A DNA stretch of 32,754 bases from Octopus bimaculoides (taxonomy: Eukaryota): the NCBI RefSeq assembly GCF_001194135.2, contig NC_068986.1, positions 3,777,756 through 3,810,509 of the forward strand. The letters are read 5' to 3'. Numbering within the stretch: position 1 is the stretch's first letter; every line of letters starts with the position of its first letter. The notes below the pieces were generated by a model, which had not been told where the DNA came from, did no database searches, and saw only the letters and a list, made by a program, of their open reading frames with translations. Below are positions 24,462 through 32,754 of the stretch, piece by piece. Both the position numbers and the translations under genes were made by a program.

Positions 24462-24860
24462 TTAGAATAAAGCTTAAAGGAATGGAAGTAGATATATTCA
24501 GTGGAAGTGCAATGCAAGAAGACAGTCAAAAGTCGAATTTTATAGAATGGTAGCAATCACTAAAGGTATGTTTCTGCCAATGTTTGGAACGATAAACGCG
24601 TTCAATAAACGTGTTTACGAGGGAATTCTTTGAGAATAGGATAAAAAACATTTCACTATTACAAAGGGAGCAAAAGATTTACCTTAGTCATGAGGTAAAG
24701 AAATAAAGAGAATATTCCATCGTTGCAAACATTGGCAGAAACATACCTTTAGTTCCTATAAGTGATTTCTACCATTCTATAAAATTCGACGTTTGACTGT
24801 CTTCTTACATTGTACTTCCACTGAATATATCTACTTCCATTCCTTTAAGCTTTATTCTAA
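24462..24860. mobile_element. Foldback/MITE-like element with ~130-140 bp terminal inverted repeats
   Basis: 24462-24593 is the reverse complement of 24719-24860 apart from a few substitutions and one ~10-nt indel. 125-bp spacer; TA at 24463-24464 and 24858-24859 could be a TSD. Confidence 0.85.
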
Positions 24861-25095
24861 ATCACCCATCACTCTATATCTCTCCGCTATTAGTTTTCTG
24901 CTAATTTCTTTCTTTCTCCTCCTTCTCTTTCTATAAACTACCTTTGACGTTATATGTACTAACGGTTTTTTAAAAAAGAACTTGATAGCATTCCCTTCAT
25001 CGTATACGCAGTCATCACATTCTGTTAAAATGCCTTATTGATGTGTTTGGTTTCTTTCTTTCTCTGGTGAGAAGATTGCATTGTTTTACACTATT

Positions 25096-25149
25096 TTATT
25101 CCTTCTGGAATAATACCAATGTTGTCTTCGAAACATATGTCGGAAGTAA
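25096..25149 (+). ncRNA. Decayed type I hammerhead-like motif (probable Penelope relic)
   Basis: ttattcc…GAAAC atat GTC ggaagtaa: helix I, helix III and a GUC site are intact, but the CUGANGA core is corrupted. Confidence 0.35.
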
Positions 25150-25304
25150 CAGAATTTGAATAACACCTGCGTTTAACTCCATTTATTTATTTACCTATAT
25201 TATACAAAACATTTCACCTAGACCTGGAGTTTCTACCATTATAAATAGGCTGTTACATCCTTGTTACTTGTGTATATATATATACACACACATATCCACA
25301 CACT

Positions 25305-25306
<2 letters not shown>

Positions 25307-25359
<53 letters not shown>

Positions 25360-25583
25360 GGATAGGTATGAGTAAATACACACATACAAAATATGTGTAT
25401 TTGCAAGAGCAAATAGATACAAATATCTATGACAGTTTTCAGTACGACTCCCGTCGGAAAAGAAAAACGAGCAAAAATAAAAAAATAAAACGATTACAAG
25501 AAATATTAAAAGCATAAAACTAAATAAAATAAAGAGAAGTGATTGGTACTCATGAATACACACACACACACACACACACACAC

Positions 25584-25653
<70 letters not shown>
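25307..25653. repeat. (GATA)n at 25307-25358 and (CA)n-(TATC)n at 25558-25653
   Basis: Directly visible. Confidence 0.9.
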
Positions 25654-28143
25654 NNNNNNNNNNNNNNNNNNNNNNNNNNNNNNNNNNNNNNNNNNNNNNN
25701 NNNNNNNNNNNNNNNNNNNNNNNNNNNNNNNNNNNNNNNNNNNNNNNNNNNNNNNNNNNNNNNNNNNNNNNNNNNNNNNNNNNATATATATATATATATA
25801 TATATACGTATAGACATGTACATGTAGACATATATAACTTATATGTGTGAATGTATGTATCAGTGTATGTATCTATCTATCTATCCATCATATATATTAT
25901 ATATATATATATATTTGTGTGTGTGTATACTTGTATATATAAAAAGAGAAACGCAAGGAGAAGGAAAGAGGGAATTAAGAAAAGATAGCGAGAAAAATAA
26001 AGAATACTTTATCTTTTGTTGAACCCTCAGTCCACCGCCGCCATCCCCAACACTGAAAGAAAGCAGTCATTTTTCGTGAGTTTTTTTTGTTGAGCTTTTC
26101 ACTTAATTTAATCATGTTCAACGGAAAGGCAAGAAAATTGCTCTTCTTTTGCAAAATAATTTAGTTCTGTGGTGAGATTCTGGGTAACAAGATGAAATTG
26201 CATTTGTTTTTTTCTAAGGGTAGATAGATTAAATCGATCATACGTAAAATAGATGTGATATCAATCTATACTTTATCACAGTACTTTACAGATTATCTGT
26301 TTATCTCTGGCAAACTTAATGTTCTTCCTTGTAAGTCACTTTGGGGTCTGATTGACCGTTGAAAATGATATTTTTGCAAAGATTTCCAATGAATAATCGT
26401 ACTAATTCAGGAATTTTCTACACCTACAGTGTAATACAAATCAATAGATACCAATATAAATAATATCGTCTGTTGTAATAGTAAGGTGTAGTTTGGAGAT
26501 ATCAACTTTTTATTAGTTGATTTATACGCAAAAGAAAGGATAGACGACCACTCCTATACACAATGTAGTTTATTATCTTCTTTATTATATCAGTAATCAG
26601 ATTTTTTTCCCCTATACACAAAACTCATTTTATAAAGAAAACACAAGGAACGTATACTCGATTGAATTATTCCCCTATTCTATTACTGGTATACACTTTA
26701 TCGTTCCTAAATAAGTGAAAATCATTACCAATCGGTATTGAATTAGAATTCGTAACAAACAATAAGCTAGTTAGTTGTCAACTGCTCGTTTCGTTCTAAT
26801 TTTGCTAGCCGTGCAAATCTTATACTCAGCAATACCACAATAACAGCAATGTGTATAGAACCCGGAAAAAATAGAAATTTGAAGTTTGATATCAAAGAAT
26901 TCAATCATTAGTTTGCTTTGTATAATGAAAACTACATATTGACTAATAATCAAGTTGTAATAATACGGTGAATGCTTTTACGGCTTAATATGAAACTAAA
27001 CCTATAGCACATTCAAACTAAGTGTGATGTATGGATGCCAATATGAAAAAGACAGAAAAAAAGAATCATGAATAAGAATCGTTTTTGAATCACTTTTAAA
27101 TAATCTGAATATTTAATGTAAGGTATATCTACAATTTTAGCCTCGAAGTGCGAAATGTAAACAAAGGTTTATCTCTCTGTGGATAGAGAGACTGAAATAA
27201 TCCCGACTAATTTCATGTCTTCCATCGGAGAACAAGTATTTCCACTGCTCCTAGAAAGATTGCTAGCTTATTTGAGGAGGTTCTATGAAACTGGCCTTAC
27301 TCACTGGAAACGTGCTTGATGCACCGCACTGGGGATATATCTTAACTTTAAAATTTCTGATTATGCAACAAACACAATGTTGCTCATCTTAATATCTTTT
27401 GTGTGTCCTTTGGATCTGCATCCGGCTTCAGTTTAATCTACCAAAGTAATATTTTTATTATCAAATTTATATTTTGCATATGAATTACTAAAGAACGAAT
27501 AACAAAGGGCGATATAACAGAGAAACAACTTGCCTTCGTTGACTAGAATTTTAAAGTTAACAAATGGTTAATTTGCTCATAGGTTGAAGAAAGTAATGGT
27601 ATCTTTCTTGAAAACGAAGAAACCAGTTCTTTGATTATGCTCCATAATCAAAGTTTATGGAACTTAACTTCCTGATCGTGAAATAATCTGTATAGGTCTT
27701 CCTTACATGATCTTGGCAAACTGGATGAATTATCACCACTAATGTCATGCAAGTGAATAAGTAACTTGTAGGTCAAGTTACAGTAGATTACAGAACATTA
27801 TAATTATTTGTACATATTCACTAGTATCATACAAACACTGAACAGATTTTTGCATATGAGATATACAAGTATAAGCCCTTAATCTATTATAATTATAACC
27901 CTGTTAGAATGAGTGGTTACTTAAGTAGCAAATCAAGTGTGCTGTTTTTAACCTAAGTAGATTATTGTTTTCTTTTCTTCACTGCATAATTGTTGCTTGT
28001 CGGTGTTTGAATAGGCCCTGCATTATATATGGTAACAACTTATCTGGTGTTCTTCAAGTGGATTATGTCTCTGAGGTATTTATTTTTGTGTATACAGTTC
28101 TAATTTTTCCACCACTACTTAGTACGATGAAGCATATTCATCA

Positions 28144-28175
28144 TTGATGAGACCATAATAAGATCAAAACCTGTC
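28144..28175 (+). ncRNA. Decayed minimal hammerhead-like motif (probable Penelope relic)
   Basis: TTGATGA GACC ataataa GATC AAAAC ct GTC is three transitions from CTGATGA GACC … GGTC GAAAC … GTC. Confidence 0.4.
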
Positions 28176-29659
28176 CGGAGTTGCTGAAAAATGATATTGC
28201 TCTTTTTTTCTCATCGTGTAATTATCTCCAGTTAATCATTCAACGTTCGTTATATTAAATATGTTAAAAGTGACAACCCCGCTTTTCCTCGTCCTCTCTT
28301 ACCCACTCTTAGACAAAGAGAATGAGCCTGAAACGTTAGGTATTTTACCTCGTAGAGTTACTGAACTTCTAAAAACTCTCCTGTGGGCTGATAGTTACTA
28401 AAACAAACCATTACCAGTTTCCTCGAATTCCACTCTATCTTATTGCGAATAATAAGCTCAACAATGTCGTGTATGAGATGATCAGGAATATTTTCTATCT
28501 TAATCAGATTGATGCTATAGAACAAGTATGTTTTCCTTCTCTGTAGCTAAATATCTGAGAGCCGAGATTGTAGACTGCTGTACTAGAAATATACGATACC
28601 TCATTGTGATGAATTCGAATTTTATCGAATTCGATGTTACTTCCATCCACGAAGATCGATATGCTAAAATGTTTGTAGAATACTGTCTGTATTTATTCTA
28701 TACTTTTCCCACTCCATAAAGTATAACCTTTGCCGATTTAAAAGCAAAATTATTATTTCTTTATTCATATATTACGTATTGTATGAGAAGTTTTCATTCT
28801 CTTATATTGTTTTTATATTATGCATATTTCCTTCGGCAAGTCAATATCATATTTACAATATGGTGATTCTAAAAGTCTTAACTAATCTAGTTTGAAATAA
28901 AATTTATCTTCGGGCAGGTTAAGAAAAGGATTTAAATGAGGTGATGAGATCTTCTCGGCGATAAGAAACGTAATTAAATAATATCTGGAATCTTGATAAA
29001 AGCCGCAACAACAAAGTAGATTTTAATTCAATTTTAACAATTAATACAAATTAATTCGCTAAAGTGCCATAATTTTAATGGTGGGTTGGGTTTTTTTTGC
29101 AAAAATCTTGGAAGTAGTTCAAAATATAATAGGCATTTTAAATAATTTAAGAATTTTAGTGATTGCATTGTTTCATGTCAAGGGAATATGAAGTCTACAA
29201 CGCTTGGCTTTCAATTTGAATTGATTGTATTCGTTAACCTTTTGACCTGTCTTTCTAACCTCCTGCATCATGCTCGTTATTTCCGAAAGAATATTCATGA
29301 ATATCAAAAAAAAAGAATTATTATTTTTGTTTAGCGCGTTTGATCTCGTAAATTTTTTTTTTACCAACTACTATTTTTTCTTTCACACATTTTTTCCCCA
29401 CCAAACTTTTACCTTTTTATTTCATAATTCCTTCTTCTGTTTCTATTTATTTATTCAAAATTTTCATTTTGTTATTCATCGATTCCTTTAATTCCTTCTT
29501 TTTAGAAGTAATTTCTTGTTTCATCAGCAAGCACTTTATCATAATTTCATTTCGATCTGAATATAGGTCATGTATCTTTCACATGATTTGTGAAACTGGA
29601 TCTGTAATAGTCTGCCATTTCAATGATTGTCAGTAACACAAACACACGACTGGGAGTTT

Positions 29660-30078
29660 GTAGGGAAGGAACAAACAATTATGGCAGCTCTAGTATGTAA
29701 GTGATACATTATTTTATCGACACCGGAAATGTTGGCTTCAAATTTTGGCACAAGGCCAACAAGTTCGGTGGGAGGGTTAAGTCGATTAGATCAACACCAG
29801 TGTTTAACTGGTACTTATTTTATCGACCCCGAAAGGATGAAAGACAAAGTCAGCCTCTACAGAAATTGAACTCAGAACGTAAAGACAGACGAAATGCTGC
29901 TAAGTATTTTGCCCGGCGTGCTAACGATTCTCTCAGCTCGCTGCCTTCAGCACCGGAAATATTAAAGGCAAAGTTAACCTCACGCAGAGACGGAACTGAA
30001 CTCAAAACGTAAAAAACCAGAATACATGCCACGGGGCATTTTGTCCGATGCCCTCACTATTCTGCCAATCCATCACGT
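29660..30078 (-). mobile_element. Old, diverged SINE family B copy split by a younger copy
   Basis: Joining gatacattattttatcgacaccggaaat (29703-29730) to attaaaggcaaagttaacctc…gaactcaaaacg…ttctgcca (29961-30068) rebuilds a family B body and head. Confidence 0.7.
29731..29947 (-). mobile_element. SINE family B, full length, with a caccggaaat target-site duplication
   Basis: Reverse complement aligns with 17990-18222; caccggaaat lies at 29721-29730 and 29951-29960. Confidence 0.9.
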
Positions 30079-30283
30079 TTTATAACAACTTACCTTGATA
30101 TACCAGGATTTATTACTGTGCCATTTATCTATATTCTACTACGAGGATAAGGAGCTATGTTCTGGATGGTTCCGTTTAAAATATTTTCTAAGCCAATTTC
30201 CAAGAAAACAATAAATGGCTTGAATGTATACATAAATACATTGCAATAGAAACGTCTATAAAGATGATAGCAAAAATACTTAC

Positions 30284-30378
30284 TATTGCCCTCGGGGCAT
30301 ATAAAAACAAAATCTGTTGTTGTGAAGGTTAGCTTCATGGCAGATGTTAATATCACACGTAAAGCTTGACGAGAACAT
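30284..30378 (-). CDS. Candidate exon (CSRQALRVILTSAMKLTFTTTDFVFICPEGN)
   Basis: Acceptor gaattctctgtag, perfect donor GTAAGT, 95 nt. Contains gccATGaag; an alternative acceptor would start the exon at 30400. Confidence 0.4.
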
Positions 30379-30982
30379 CTACAGAGAATTCTAGTAGAAC
30401 CTACATTTATTGTACCCTAATGATAAGTCCACACTCGAACCTCAAGGTAATGGGCTATTAAAATATCTAACAGAATGTTTGCATGTTTACCTGAAAATAC
30501 TAAACTCCAACACACACAAAAAATAAATAAAAGCCAAATCAAGTGGTCCACATTTGGATTTAATTAATCAGGGGAATAGCAAAGGATTCTTAGATCTTTC
30601 GGTAATTCATTATTCAAATTTACCGAAAATATTTACCTTTCTTAATACCGATTTGCATACATGCATTGATTTATGTATGTATACATGTAAGCAGTAAAAT
30701 GTACATATACATACTTACAAACATATAAAGGAGAGAGAGAGGGAGAGAGGGAGGGAGAAAGAGAAAGAGAGAAATTGTGTGTGTGTGTGTGTGTGTCTGT
30801 ATACAAAATTTATTCCCTCTTATGTTACAAAATGCAACATGTTTTGGCTCTTAAAGGCGCTCTTTTGATAACTAAAAAAATTTTTCCGTTTCTAAGAAAA
30901 CATGAAATAAATTACGTATATTCTAATATTTAGTACTGAGATCTATTTACTGAATTGTTGATTTCCAAGTCTAAAGATTAGG

Positions 30983-31022
<40 letters not shown>

Positions 31023-32039
31023 ATATATTTTATATATGTGTATAAGCGCATATGCATGTGTGTATATATATATGTTTGTATGTGTGTATGTGTGTATGTG
31101 TGTGTGTGTGTGTGTGGGGGGGTGTATGTACACATACCTTCATGCATTTATATGAACAATAAAGCTACAGCGAGTGCAACCCACATTGAAACTGCAATAT
31201 ACTTAAATGCAGCAATGTTTTGCTATGAAATGGAAAATTTAATACTTTAACAGAAGAATCTTGCTAATGTTGGAACAGGTGAATAATTAGTCACTTGGAG
31301 ATATAAACAGATGCTCATATGAAAAATAAATCGATTTGGATCCACCTCGCAAACATTACAACTCACTTCTACGTACAAGATTGCTATTTTATACTACATC
31401 GTACCTAGAGTGACCGTAACTTTTTCTAATACGCCACCGAAACAAGAAAGTATAGGTTACTCCGGCGCATATATCACATGCCTTTTATGTATTCACAGTG
31501 TACTTCGTTTAATCATTTATAGTAAAAGAATAACAAAACTTAAAAGGTTACGATGTATACAAACAAAAGAAAAACACGCATACATGACAAATCATTGGCG
31601 TAGGTTTATATTTGAATGAAGAATAAATAAGCAAATTTTAAATCAGAGCTGTATTTTCTAAAAGCTATAAGGTTTTTAGAAGCAAAATTTTTAAAAACAA
31701 ACTGAAGAATATGTACAAAAACTAATTTTGGAAATATATTAAAAGTTTCAAAATGAATTAAAAACGGAACAAATTACCGCATTGAATCATTCATTCAGGA
31801 TGCGCTCACAATTCCTTACATGTCCCTAGGTACACTTTTTAAACTATGAACTAATGAGAGATTGTATATGGTCAGTCGACATCCTAGAAATACTAATCAA
31901 GTCATAATCTTCCATCTTAGAAAAGTAAAAGAGAACAGTTTGTGTAATGCGGTCGTAGATATCTTTCAAATGATGGATGTCCATAGCTAGAGTGATTTGA
32001 GTTATATATCTGCTGAGGAGATCTGGATTAATAGAATAA

Positions 32040-32195
32040 CTAGAAAATCTGACAAAAGTCAAGGGATCTAAATGTGTATAGACCGAGTTCGAATACTGCT
32101 CCGTTGAGACCGATTTTGTCTTTCATCCTCACAGATTGGGTGGAATAAAGTACCAGTCTTGTACAGGAGCTGATATAAACAACTGCTCCCTCACG
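32040..32195 (+). mobile_element. Degenerate SINE family B
   Basis: gagttcgaatactg…gattttgtctttcatcc…ataaagtaccagt resembles the B box and central domain of 17990-18222. Confidence 0.65.
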
Positions 32196-32262
32196 CTACA
32201 TACATACATACATACATACATACATACATACATACATGCATACATACATACATACATACATA

Positions 32263-32384
32263 CAAGAGGTGTATGAAAAGTCTTGAGTCTCAAAAAAAAA
32301 AACATGGTATAAGACTTCTGATGAAGGGACAAAACTTCGAGGTTCAAAGGCTTTGACGGCTCAAAACTTTTCATACACCTCTCG
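32263..32384. mobile_element. 122-bp Tc1/mariner-like MITE
   Basis: 25-bp TIRs caagaggtgtatgaaaagtcttgag and ctcaaaacttttcatacacctctcg (23/25 complementary), flanked by TA at 32261-32262 and 32385-32386 within (TACA)n. Confidence 0.88.
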
Positions 32385-32419
32385 TACATACACACATGCA
32401 TACGTACATACATACATAT

Positions 32420-32754
32420 GAGCATCACAGGTTTGCTGTGGTGCTCTTATGGTTACTGTATTGAAAGTGTTTTGCGTAGGATGTGTGCAGTGCCCAGTAG
32501 TGCAATTTTCTGTATGTTATATATATTTGTAAGTCCTGGTGTTTTTGTTATGTATTTGTCTGAATATTTTTTTATTATACCTAAGGCACCTACTATGATA
32601 GGAATTATTTCTGCTTTTAGATTCCACATTCGAGTTATCTCTATTTCCAGGTCTTTGTATTTTGAAAGTTACTCCATTTCTTTTAGGGAAACGTTGTCAT
32701 CTGCTGGTACTGATACATCAAGTAGAAAGCATTTTTTTCCTTCATGATCTCTGA
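32420..32754 (-). mobile_element. 3' end of an R4/Dong-type non-LTR retrotransposon (restriction-like endonuclease C-terminus plus short 3' UTR), pseudogenised
   Basis: Minus 32752-32453 reads [61 protein letters not shown]…IQKIALLGTAHILRKTLSIQ-stop, with DVSVP, KYKDL and GALG motifs typical of RLE elements. Premature TAA at 32669-32671; ends in (TATG)n. Confidence 0.88.

Noticed and set aside
27303-27440. Strong minus-strand donor GTGAGT with an upstream acceptor
   Set aside because: The long version is closed in all frames; the short version does not fit the phase chain convincingly.
27629-27653. Perfect 11-bp hairpin ctttgattatg-ctc-cataatcaaag (also imperfect ones at about 12050-12140 and 28611-28632)
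   Set aside because: Too short for a pre-miRNA or MITE; no other context.
28541-28719. Plus-strand acceptor plus a 58-codon frame; similar cases at 12158, 18441-18620 (minus), 26799 and 31844-32030 (minus)
   Set aside because: No supporting neighbours or homology; expected by chance in AT-rich DNA.
29701-30032. ORFs on both strands (103 and 60 aa)
   Set aside because: They lie inside SINE sequence.
32317-32345. CTGATGAAGGG…CTTCGAGG inside the MITE as a hammerhead
   Set aside because: No GAAA or helix III; partial match only.
32418-32747. 109-aa plus-strand ORF
   Set aside because: Antisense shadow of the R4/Dong-type ORF on the minus strand.

Overview
AT-rich, gapped, microsatellite-dense animal genomic DNA, most likely Octopus or a related coleoid cephalopod. 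This is inferred from the SINE families and the (TATG)n/(TATC)n/(GA)n landscape as I recall them, not from a search. It has no prokaryotic genes, CRISPR arrays or true tRNA/rRNA genes, and nearly all supplied ORFs are translations of microsatellites or N-gaps. Well-supported content: three families of tRNA-derived SINEs (one copy nested in another with a TSD), a decayed APE-type LINE, a Tigger/pogo transposase relic, the 3' end of an R4/Dong-type RLE retrotransposon, a Tc1/mariner-like MITE, a ~400 bp foldback element with ~130-140 bp arms, and Penelope-type ends with minimal hammerhead-like motifs. Weaker content: a chain of candidate minus-strand exons (30378 to 4261) that may form an unrecognised gene. 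Its last exon has a TGA directly followed by ATG and a further 103-codon ORF. I could not name the protein, and the gene model is a hypothesis.
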